Assembly: GCA_963791365.1 (NCBI GenBank)
Contig: CAWBSG010000008.1
Coordinates: forward strand, 149,950-213,949
Length of the DNA stretch: 64,000 nucleotides
Reading direction: 5' to 3'
Origin: an uncultured Actinomycetota bacterium
GTDB taxonomy: Bacteria > Actinomycetota > Actinomycetes > Propionibacteriales > Nocardioidaceae
Shown here: positions 39,288 through 48,222 of the stretch, piece by piece
Layout: every line of letters begins with the position of its first letter
Position numbering within the stretch: position 1 is the stretch's first letter
The notes under the pieces: model-generated
Told to the model about the DNA's origin: nothing
Database searches by the model: none
What the model saw: the letters and a program-made list of their open reading frames with translations, nothing else
Translations under genes and position numbers: made by a program

Positions 39288-40568
39288 TCAGCGACGCACC
39301 TCGCACTGCCGCAGCTGCTCGCCGCTGAGGCAGCGGTCCCGACCGGCGCCACCGACGAGCTGGTCGCGTCCCGGACCACCGACGAGGAGGTCGTTGCGCC
39401 CCCCACCTACGAGGATGTCGGCCCCGCGGCGGCCGTACGCCGTCACCTGCATGCCACCGGTCACCGACAGGCGGTCGCGCCCCGCGCCGCCGACGTAGCG
39501 CAGGAAGCCGGGACGCCCCGAGAACCGGAGGTCCTCGACGCTCTCGTAGTGCGCCCGCTTCACACGGGCGACCGTCACACGCTTGCGCGGCAGGTCGACG
39601 ACGTACGTCGAGCCGCGCGGGAACTCCGACTTCGGCGCCCGCAGCCGGACGATGTCGCGCCCGTCGCCGCCGTCCACCTCGATGCGCGTCCGGCGCACCA
39701 GGTCCACGTCGATCTCGTCGTTGCCGGCGCCGCCGTGGACGCTGGCACCGTCGCGTGCGAACAGGAAGTCGTCACCGGCACCGCCGCCGATCGCGCTCCC
39801 CCGCCCTCGGGCCTGCACGCCGTCATCGCCGCCGCCGCCGTAGAACCGGTCGCGTCCCCTGTCCGGCGACTGGATGAAGTCGCTGCCGTCACCGCCGCGC
39901 ACCACGTCGTCGCCCTTGCCCGGCTCGATCTCGTCGTCGCCGCTCAGGCCGCGGATCCGGTCGTCACCCGTGCCGCCGGCGATGCGGTCCGGGCCGTCCG
40001 ATCCGGTCAGGACGTCGTCGAAGGCCGAGCCCACGATCCCGCCGGAGTAGGCCGGCACGGCGATCGTGTCCGTGCCCTCGCCGGTCGCCGTCCCGGCCGA
40101 GAGGTCGACGGTGACCGGACCGGGCGCGCCGTCGAACCACACCGTGTCGTACCTGGCCGGGCGATCGACCTCGTCGACGGTCGCGGACGCCGGGTCGTCA
40201 CCGAGGTCGACGTGGTCGTTCCCGGGGCCGGGCACGAGGATGTCGCCGGAGTAGCCGTCGTCGGGGACGTAGAAGCCGTCGAGGCCGCCGAAGAGGCGGT
40301 CGTCGCCCGGTCCGCCGACCAGCGTGTCGGCGTTGCCGAGTCCGCAGATGGTGTCGTTGCCCGCGCCCCCGTCGATCCGGTCGGCGGCGAAGGAGCCGAG
40401 GATGACGTCGTCACCCGGCGTCCCGGTGGTCGCCTCACCGGGGACGACGACGATCGTGGGCACCTTGCCGTCGCAGGTCGTCTCGGCCGTCGCCGGGCCG
40501 GTGCCCAGCCCCACGACGCCGAGCGGCGCCAGGGCGATCAACGAGACAGTGGCAGGGATGCGTCGCAT
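39288..40568 (-). CDS. secreted calcium-binding repeat protein (RTX / hemolysin-type GGxGxD repeats)
   Basis: Sec signal peptide (MRRIPATVSLIALAPLGVVGLGTGPATA) and many GGAGND/GGPGDD/GGTGDD/GGAGRD nonapeptide-like repeats. ATG 40568 has SD AGGAG upstream. The rest of track ORF 39288..41714 is antisense shadow of the AKR gene. Confidence 0.8.
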   Translation of the reverse strand: MRRIPATVSLIALAPLGVVGLGTGPATAETTCDGKVPTIVVVPGEATTGTPGDDVILGSFAADRIDGGAGNDTICGLGNADTLVGGPGDDRLFGGLDGFYVPDDGYSGDILVPGPGNDHVDLGDDPASATVDEVDRPARYDTVWFDGAPGPVTVDLSAGTATGEGTDTIAVPAYSGGIVGSAFDDVLTGSDGPDRIAGGTGDDRIRGLSGDDEIEPGKGDDVVRGGDGSDFIQSPDRGRDRFYGGGGDDGVQARGRGSAIGGGAGDDFLFARDGASVHGGAGNDEIDVDLVRRTRIEVDGGDGRDIVRLRAPKSEFPRGSTYVVDLPRKRVTVARVKRAHYESVEDLRFSGRPGFLRYVGGAGRDRLSVTGGMQVTAYGRRGADILVGGGRNDLLVGGPGRDQLVGGAGRDRCLSGEQLRQCEVRR

Positions 40569-40667
40569 GGGGTCTCCTGATGGTGGTCGGCCCGACGTGC
40601 GGGCCATGACAGTGTGACGCGCCGACCGTGACGGAAGTTGTGTGGCGATCCGTCCTAGGTTGGGCAC

Positions 40668-41504
40668 ATGGCCCGCATGACGTACGACCTCACCGACGGC
40701 ACCACCCTCCCCGCGATCGGGTTCGGCACCTATCCCCTGCGCGGCAAGGACGGCACGGCCGCGATGGTCTCCGCCCTCGAGGCGGGCTACCGGATGCTCG
40801 ACACGGCCGTGAACTACGAGAACGAGTCCGAGGTCGGCGAGGCCCTGCGCCGCTCGGGACTGCTGCGCGACGAGGTCGTCGTCGCCAGCAAGATCCCCGG
40901 GCGCCACCACGCCTACGACGACGCGATCGCGTCGGTACGCGGCTCGCTCGAGCGCCTCGGCGTGGAGCGCACCGACCTCCACCTCATCCACTGGCCGAAC
41001 CCGTCGCAGGGCAAGTACGTCGAGGCGTGGCGTGCGCTCGTCCAGCTCCAGCGCGACGGGCTGGTCCGCTCGATCGGCGTCTCCAACTTCACCGAGGAGC
41101 ACCTCACCCGGATCATCGACGACACCGGCGTCGTGCCGGTGGTCAACCAGGTCGAGCTCCATCCGCGCTTCCCGCAGAAGCGGATGCGCGAGGTGCACGA
41201 GCGGCTCGGCATCCGCACCGAGGCGTGGAGCCCGATGGGCAAGCGGCGCGCGCCGCTGGAGGAGCACGCGGTCACCGCCGCCGCCGAGGCCCACGGCGTC
41301 ACTCCGGGGCAGGTGATCCTGCGCTGGCACGTGCAGCTCGGGTCGCTGCCGATCCCGAAGTCCGCCGACCCGCTGCGGCAGGCACGGAACCTCGATGTCT
41401 TCGGGTTCGAGCTCACCCCGGCCGAGGTCGACGCGATCGGCGGGCTGGCCGAGGACGACGGCCGGCTGTTCGGGGGCGACCCCGACACCCACGAGGAGAT
41501 GTGA
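40668..41504 (+). CDS. aldo/keto reductase
   Basis: AKR catalytic context LDTAVNYENE, ASKIP and LHLIHWP, and a 2,5-diketo-D-gluconate reductase-like size of 278 aa. Confidence 0.9.
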   Translation: MARMTYDLTDGTTLPAIGFGTYPLRGKDGTAAMVSALEAGYRMLDTAVNYENESEVGEALRRSGLLRDEVVVASKIPGRHHAYDDAIASVRGSLERLGVERTDLHLIHWPNPSQGKYVEAWRALVQLQRDGLVRSIGVSNFTEEHLTRIIDDTGVVPVVNQVELHPRFPQKRMREVHERLGIRTEAWSPMGKRRAPLEEHAVTAAAEAHGVTPGQVILRWHVQLGSLPIPKSADPLRQARNLDVFGFELTPAEVDAIGGLAEDDGRLFGGDPDTHEEM

Positions 41505-41529
41505 CGATCCGCTGGCTACGATCGGCGGC

Positions 41530-42270
41530 ATGTCGGAGACCACAGTCCTGAAGCGACTCGCCGCCGTTGCGGCCTGCCTGTCCGTGCTCGCCCTTGCCGG
41601 TTGCGGCAACGAGAGCGACGGGGGCGAGACCGCGACCGACACCTCGTCGCCGTCGGAGTGACCCGAGTCGACCTCCGAGTCGCCCGACGCGGGCGCCGGT
41701 GGCGCGACGACCACCTGCGACTACCCCTCCGACGGCCAGGAGCCGGCCCGCGACGTACAGCCGCCGGAGGCCGAGGCGCCGGCCGAGGGCACCGTGAGCG
41801 CGACGTTGACGACCAACTTCGGCGACATCGGGATCACCCTCGATGCCGCGACCACCCCGTGCACCGTCAACTCGTTCGTCTCGCTCGCCGGGCAGGGCTT
41901 CTACGACGACACGCCCTGCCCCCGCATCGGCGACCAGGAGGGCTTCGGCATCCTCCAGTGCGGCGACCCCACCGGCACCGGCTCCGGCGGCGCGGGCTAC
42001 TCGTTCGCCGACGAGCTGAGCGGCGACGAGACCTACCCTGCGGGCACGCTCGCCATGGCCAACGCCGGGCCGGACACCAACGGGTCGCAGTTCTTCCTGG
42101 TGTTCCGCGACTCGCAGTTCTCCCCCGACTACACCGTCTTCGGCACGATCGACGAGGCCGGCCTGGCGACGATCGAGGCGATCGCCGCCGAGGGCAACGA
42201 CGGCGCCCACCCGGCCGGTGGCGGCGCGCCGAGCAAGCCGGTCACGATCGAGAAGGTCACGGTCGGCTGA
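41530..42270 (+). pseudogene. lipoprotein cyclophilin-type peptidyl-prolyl isomerase interrupted by an in-frame TGA at 41659-41661
   Basis: Signal/lipobox peptide MSETTVLKRLAAVAACLSVLALAGCGNESDGGETATDTSSPSE, then TGA. The same frame continues PESTSESPDAGAGGATTTCDYPSDGQEPARD...GTVSATLTTNFGDIGITLD into a complete cyclophilin domain (track ORF 41794..42270; GTG 41794 could serve as a restart). Confidence 0.7.
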
Positions 42271-42712
42271 CGTCCTCGCCGGCGAGGTTCACGTAGGTCA
42301 CGTCCGCTCCGAGCTGCACGGTCCGCGAGACCGTGCAGAGCCGGTCGCGGGACATCTCGATCGCGCCCTGCACACGCTCGCGCGCCGCGTCGCCCTCGGG
42401 ACCGGCAGGGAACGCGACGTCGAGGCTGACCCGGATCCCCGTGAGGTGGTTGCCGTCGCCGTCGCGGACCTTGGTGCCCTCTGCGTGGACGTCGAACGTC
42501 GTGCTGGTCGTGCGCTTGTGCGTGAGCGCCTCGACGTCGAGGGCGGAGCACCCGGCGATGGCGGCGAGCAGCAGCTCGACCGGGGTGAAGTCGGGGTCCT
42601 CTCCCCCGGTGCCGAGGAACGTCTCACCGCCGCGGGCGTTGGTGGCCTTGAAGCGGGCCGGTCCGATGCGGGTGAGCTCGACGCTGCGCAGGTCGTCCGT
42701 CATGCCGGACAC
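42257..42712 (-). CDS. OsmC family peroxiredoxin-like protein
   Basis: OsmC fold with two conserved Cys contexts (LLAAIAGCSA; RDRLCTVSRT). Confidence 0.85.
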   Translation of the reverse strand: MSGMTDDLRSVELTRIGPARFKATNARGGETFLGTGGEDPDFTPVELLLAAIAGCSALDVEALTHKRTTSTTFDVHAEGTKVRDGDGNHLTGIRVSLDVAFPAGPEGDAARERVQGAIEMSRDRLCTVSRTVQLGADVTYVNLAGEDVSRP

Positions 42713-42724
42713 CCTGCCAGAGCG

Positions 42725-42868
42725 TCAGCCGTTGGTGCGGCGCGCGGCGCGACGGGCGCGGCGCTCCTCGCTACGGGCGATCTCCACGTTGCGCAGGAGT
42801 GCGCGGTCCTCGACCGAGTACGCCCGCGCGTGGACGAGGCTGTTGGCGAGGTGGAGCTGCGTGGTCAT
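42725..42868 (-). CDS. small hypothetical protein (47 aa; below the ORF-track cutoff as a separate gene)
   Basis: MTTQLHLANSLVHARAYSVEDRALLRNVEIARSEERRARRAARRTNG. ATG 42868 is preceded by SD GGAAGGA, and GC3 is high. It is the tail of the otherwise implausible track ORF 42725..43966. Confidence 0.45.
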   Translation of the reverse strand: MTTQLHLANSLVHARAYSVEDRALLRNVEIARSEERRARRAARRTNG

Positions 42869-43051
42869 GGAGATCTGTCCTTCCGAGGGCTCGCAGCCCT
42901 CAGTGATGAGTAACGATGTGTAAGAAGTAGTCGCGCCTTTGCGACTCTTACATGCTACGGACGTGGCCACGCCGACCACGCATCCAGGACGACGTGATCT
43001 CGACCACCGGCGGACCGCCTCGCCCCACCGGTCGGCGGCTAGGGTCGGGGC

Positions 43052-43885
43052 GTGACGAGCGAGCGCACCCGGCGGCCCGGACCCTCGGTGAGGACGCGCG
43101 TCGTGGAGCACGCCGGGTCCTCCGAGATCGCGCGCGAGGACCGCCTGGTGACCGAGGAGCCGCTCGAGATCCGCGTCCGTATCGGCAACCTCGAGCCGCG
43201 CCGCGCCTGGGTCACCATGCGCACCCCCGGCCACGACTTCGAGCTGGCCGCTGGCTGGCTGGTGCACGAGGGGCTCGCGACCAGCAGCACGTTGGGCCAG
43301 GTCGCCTACTGCACCGACGACGACCTCGACCCCGAGCAGGAGTTCAACGTCGTCACGGTGACGCTCACCGGCGCCGGCTCCAGCGAGCTCCCCCATCGCC
43401 ACGTCGCTGCGTCGGCCGGCTCGTCGGCCTGCGGGGTCTGCGGGAAGGACAGCGTGGCGGATGCCCTGCAGACCGTCGCGGTGGCGCCGTGGTCCGGCAA
43501 GCGCCCCGGCGCGGACGTCGTACGCCGGCTGCCGGAGGCACTGCGTGAGCGGCAGGACCTGTTCGCCCGCACGGGCGGCGTCCACGCCGCCGGGCTCGCC
43601 ACCGCCGACGGGGCGCTCCTCGTGGTGCGCGAGGACGTCGGTCGCCACAACGCCGTCGACAAGGTCGTGGGGGCGCGGGTGCTCGCCGGCGAGCCGCCCG
43701 CGGCTGCGTGCCTCGTGCTGAGCGGTCGCGTCGGGTTCGAGCTGGTGCAGAAGGCCGCAGCCAGCGGCATCGGCTCCATCGTCGCCGTGGGAGCGCCCAC
43801 CAGCCTCGCGGCGCGGCTCGCCCGGGAGGCCGGGATCGACCTGTGGGGCTTCACCTCCCGTGGTCGTACGGTGAACTACTGCTGA
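43052..43885 (+). CDS. fdhD: formate dehydrogenase accessory sulfurtransferase FdhD
   Basis: SSACGVCGKDS, GGVHAAG and DVGRHNAVDKV motifs. Confidence 0.9.
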   Translation: MTSERTRRPGPSVRTRVVEHAGSSEIAREDRLVTEEPLEIRVRIGNLEPRRAWVTMRTPGHDFELAAGWLVHEGLATSSTLGQVAYCTDDDLDPEQEFNVVTVTLTGAGSSELPHRHVAASAGSSACGVCGKDSVADALQTVAVAPWSGKRPGADVVRRLPEALRERQDLFARTGGVHAAGLATADGALLVVREDVGRHNAVDKVVGARVLAGEPPAAACLVLSGRVGFELVQKAAASGIGSIVAVGAPTSLAARLAREAGIDLWGFTSRGRTVNYC

Positions 43886-43949
43886 GCCTTGATCCACACT
43901 GGCGGCGTGGTGGCCCGAGAGTGTCCGTGCCGCGTCATACGGTCGCCCC

Positions 43950-45167
43950 GTGCGCATCCTCCACACCTCCGACTGGCACCTGGGGAGGTCCTTCCACCGT
44001 GAGGACCTCCTGGGTCACCAGGGTGCGTTCATCGACCACCTGATCGGGGTCGTGGAGTCGGAGAAGGTCGACGTCGTGGTGGTCTCCGGCGACGTCTACG
44101 ACCGGGCCCTCCCCCATGTCGACGCGGTCGCGCTGGCCGACGAGACGTTCGCGCGGCTCGCGTCCTCCCGCGCCAAGGTCGTGGTCAGCAGCGGCAACCA
44201 CGACAGCGCCCAGCGGCTCGGCTTCGGCTCACGGCTGATGGACTTCGCCGGCGTCCACGTGCGCACCGACGCCTCGTCGGTCGGGACCCCGGTCGTGCTC
44301 AAGGACCGGCACGGCGACGTGGCCATCCACGCCCTCCCCTACCTCGACCCGTCCGCGCTCCTCGACCCCTGGAAGCTCAGCCACCGCAGCCACGAGGCCG
44401 CGCTGACGCAGGCGATGACCCGCGTGCGGGCCGATCTCGCGGCGCGCGGCGCGAAGGCCCGCTCGGTGGTGCTCGCGCACGCGTTCGTCGCGGGCGCGGA
44501 GCCGTCGGAGTCCGAGCGCGACATCAGCGTCGGCGGCGTGTCCCGGGTGCCGACCAGCGTCTTCGACGGCATCGACTACACCGCGCTCGGCCACCTCCAC
44601 GGCTCCCACGTCCTCGCCCCCGGGCTCCGCTACTCCGGGTCGCCCCTGGCGTACTCGTTCTCCGAGGCCGACCAGGTCAAGGGCTCGTGGCTGGTCGAGC
44701 TCACCGCCAAGGGCTTCGGCAGCGCCAGCTGGATCGACGCCCCGGTCCCCCGCCGGCTCTCGCGGATCACCGGCAGGCTCTCCGAGCTGCTCAAGGACCC
44801 GGGCCTCGCCGACCGCGAGGGCGACTGGGTGCAGGTGACGCTGACAGACCTGCCGCGACCGGCGCGCGCGATGGAGCAGCTGCGGCGGCGCTTCCCGCAC
44901 ACCCTCGTGCTGCAGTTCCCCCAGTCCACCCCGGACTCCAAGACGCCCGCGCGCCCGGCCTCCGGCACGAGCGACCACGAGATCACCCTCGACTTCGTCC
45001 GGCACGTGCGCGGCACCAAGGCCACCAAGGCCGAGACCGCGCTGCTGCAGGAGGCCGTCGACGGCTGCTGTCACGACCCCGACCAGGACGTCCTCGTCGG
45101 GGCGACCGCGGGAGCTGGCTTCGACGGCCCCGCAGGTCCGGACGGTTCGGACGGTGGGACCGGATGA
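43950..45167 (+). CDS. sbcD: exonuclease SbcCD subunit D (Mre11-like)
   Basis: Phosphoesterase motifs HTSDWHLG, VSGDVYD, SGNHDS and ALGHLHG. Confidence 0.9.
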   Translation: MRILHTSDWHLGRSFHREDLLGHQGAFIDHLIGVVESEKVDVVVVSGDVYDRALPHVDAVALADETFARLASSRAKVVVSSGNHDSAQRLGFGSRLMDFAGVHVRTDASSVGTPVVLKDRHGDVAIHALPYLDPSALLDPWKLSHRSHEAALTQAMTRVRADLAARGAKARSVVLAHAFVAGAEPSESERDISVGGVSRVPTSVFDGIDYTALGHLHGSHVLAPGLRYSGSPLAYSFSEADQVKGSWLVELTAKGFGSASWIDAPVPRRLSRITGRLSELLKDPGLADREGDWVQVTLTDLPRPARAMEQLRRRFPHTLVLQFPQSTPDSKTPARPASGTSDHEITLDFVRHVRGTKATKAETALLQEAVDGCCHDPDQDVLVGATAGAGFDGPAGPDGSDGGTG

Positions 45168-48161
45168 GGCTGCACCACCTGGAGGTCACCGCCTTCGGCC
45201 CCTTCGCCGAGACCACCAGCATCGACTTCGACGCACTCTCCGACGCCGGCCTGTTCCTGCTGAGCGGGCCGACGGGCGCGGGCAAGTCGAGCGTCCTCGA
45301 CGCCGTCTGCTTCGCGCTCTACGGCGACGTCCCCGGCGACCGTTCGGCCGCCAAGCGGCTCCGGTCCGACCACGCGGGCGACGACGTCGTCCCGCGTGTG
45401 GTGCTGGAGGCGACCCTGTCCGGCCGACGGTTCCGGATCGACCGCTCACCCGCGTGGACGCGTGCGAAGAAGCGCGGCGCCGGCACGACCACCGAGCAGG
45501 CCCGGGTGGTCATCTCCGAACGGCGTTCGACCGACGACGCGGTCGACAGCGAGGAGCGGCGAGTGGCAGCCGCTCAGCACGCGCCTCGACGAGACGGGCC
45601 ACCTCGTGACGCGGCTGGTCGGGATGACGCTGCCGCAGTTCTGCCAGGTGGCGATGCTGCCGCAGGGCAGGTTCCAGGCGTTCCTGCGGGCGCGTTCGGA
45701 GGACCGCCACGCGCTGCTCCAGCAGGTCTTCCAGACCGGCCGCTTCGACGACATCGAGCGCTGGCTGCGTGAGCGCCGGGTGGAGCTGCGCCGCAGGTCG
45801 CAGGACCACGAGGTCCTGGTCGCCGACCTGGTGAGCCGGGTCAGCGAGGTCGCCGGCGACAGCGCCCCCGACGACTGGCCGGCCGAGCCGGAGAGCCTGC
45901 GCGAGTGGTTCGGCGCGGTGACCACGTCGGCGGTGAACGAGTCGGTCGCGCAGACCCTCCTCGTCGACGCCGCGTCCGCCGCCGAGGTCGAGGCTTCCGA
46001 GGTGTCTGCGGCCGGCATCGAGCTCGCCGGCCGACGAGCCACTCATGCCGCGGCCCGGCGCGCGCGGGCCGCCGTCGAGGCGGCCACCCCCGCGCACGAC
46101 ACCCGCAAGGACCGGGTCGCCCAGGCCCACCGGGCAGCCGGCGTACGCCCGCTCCACGAGCTCGCGGTCAGTGCCCGCGCCGAGGTCCGCGAGCTCGACC
46201 AGCAGAGCCGCGCCGCCCGCGAGACGCTCGCCTCGATCCTCGGCGTCACCTCCCTCGACGACCAGGAGATCGCCGACCACCAGCGCACCGCGACGACCAC
46301 GCTCACCGAGATCGCTCGCGTGCGTCCGTTCCGTCGGCAGGCCTCCGACCTCGAGCGCCAGCTCGTCCGGCTCACCCGCTCGCGCGACGAGGCCGACGCC
46401 GAGCTCCAGCGCGTGCAGGCGCGCTCCGAGGAGGTCCCGCAGGTCCTCGCCGCGCTCGAGCCCCGCCTCCAGGCGGCCCGCGAGTCCCAGGCCCTGGCCG
46501 TCGCCCTCACCGCCGACCTCGAGGTGCTGCGCTCGCGCACCCGGGCGGCGCGCACCGCCGAGTCGCTGGCGACCCAGCTGATGTCGGCCGAGCACGCCCT
46601 CGCCGAGGCGACGCAGACCCGGCTCCTGGCGCGCGAGACGCTCGTCGAGATCCGCGAGCAGCGCCTCGACGGGATGGCAGCCGAGATCGCCGGCAAGCTC
46701 GCGGTCGGGGCCGACTGCCCGGTGTGCGGGTCGGTCGAGCACCCCCACCCCGCCCAGCCGGCCCCCGGCGCGCCCGACGAGGCGACCGAGCGGGAGGCAC
46801 GACGCGAGGTCGACGACCTGGAGGTCGTCGTGGAGGCCCACGCCCAGCAGGTGCGCGGCCTGGAGACCCAGCGTGCGGCCGCGCTGGCCGAGTCCGGCGA
46901 CTCCGTCGAGCACCTCCTGGTCGAGGAGGAGGCCGCGCTGGGGAACCTCGAGCGTGCCCGGAGCGAGGCCTCCACCGTGGACGCATGGGTGGTCCGCGTC
47001 GAGGCACTCACCGCCGAGCAGGAGGCGCTGGCGCTGGAGCACGCCGACCTCACCGCCACCATCACCCGGCTCGACACCGAGATCGCGGTGCTGACCGCCC
47101 GGATCGACGGCTTCCGCGAGCAGGTCGGCGCGGTCGTCCCCGTCGACGCCGACCTCGACGAGCTCACGGCGCAGCACCAGCGCGCCGAACAGCTCGCCCG
47201 CGACTGCCTGGCCCGGACGGCCGAGCTCACGCGTGCCCGGGCCACCGCCGCGAGCACGCAGGAGGCTGCCGACAGCCTCGCTGCGGCGGCCGGGTTCGAC
47301 TCCTCCGCGTGGGCGGCCGCCGCATGGCTCGCCGACGACGAGATCGCCGACCTCCAGGTCCAGATCGAGCGCCACGAGCGCGAGGCCGCGCGGGTCGATG
47401 ACCTGCTCGCCGACGAGTCGCTCGTGCTGTCCGCGACCGCCGACCCGCCCGACCTCGAGGCTCTGGCCCAGGCGCACCACCAGGCCAAGGAGCACGCCGC
47501 ACTGGCCCGCCAGACCGACATGCGGCTGCGCGACCGGGGTCGCCGTCTCCGGGGCCTGTCCGACGAGCTCGGCGAGGCGCTGTCCTCGTGGGCGCCGGTC
47601 CGCGCCGACTTCGACCGGGCTGCCGAGCTCGCCGCCCTCGTCGAGGGCAAGCACGCCGACAACCGCTACCAGATGCGGCTGTCCGCCTACGTCCTCGCCC
47701 ACCGCCTCGGCCAGGTCGTCGACGCGGCCAACGTCCGGCTGGCCACCATGAGCGGCCAGCGCTACTCCCTCGTCCACACCGGCCAGCGCGGCGCCGGTGA
47801 GACCCGCGGCGGACTGAGCCTGCTCGTCCGCGACGACTGGACCGGCGACACCCGTGACCCGGCGACCCTGTCGGGCGGTGAGACCTTCGTCGTCTCGCTC
47901 GCGCTCGCGCTCGGCCTGGCCGACGTGATCACCGATGAGGCCGGTGGCACCGACCTCGACACGCTCTTCGTCGACGAGGGCTTCGGCTCGCTCGACTCCG
48001 AGACGCTCGAGGACGTGATGGACACCCTCGACACGCTCCGTGACGGCGGACGCGTGGTGGGCGTGGTCAGCCACGTCCCCGAGCTCCAGACCCGGATCCC
48101 CACCCAGCTCCGCGTGCACCGCGGCCGCAGCGGCAGCCACACCTCGCTCAGCCTCGGCTGA
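45164..48161 (+). pseudogene. sbcC: exonuclease SbcCD subunit C (Rad50-like), interrupted by a +1 frameshift near 45557
   Basis: The N-terminus (MRLHHLEVTAFGPF...LLSGPTGAGKSSVLDAVCFALYG...TTEQARVVISERRSTDDAVDSEE) is in the frame of track ORF 44687..45772. From GEWQPLSTRLDETGHLVTRLVGMTLPQFCQVAMLPQGRF onward the protein is in the frame of track ORF 45396..48161, including the Zn hook CPVCGS, LSGGE and DEGFGSLD. ATGA overlap with sbcD. Confidence 0.8.
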
Positions 48162-48222
48162 CCGGCGCGCACGTCAGGACCCGTTCGAGATTGCCGTCGA
48201 GCCTCGGGTTAGGTTCTGCCGC

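Noticed and set aside
41659-41661. Selenocysteine or programmed readthrough at the in-frame TGA of the PPIase gene.
   Set aside because: The position is in a low-complexity linker, not at a catalytic site. I could see no SECIS-like hairpin immediately downstream. A nonsense mutation or a base error is the simpler explanation.
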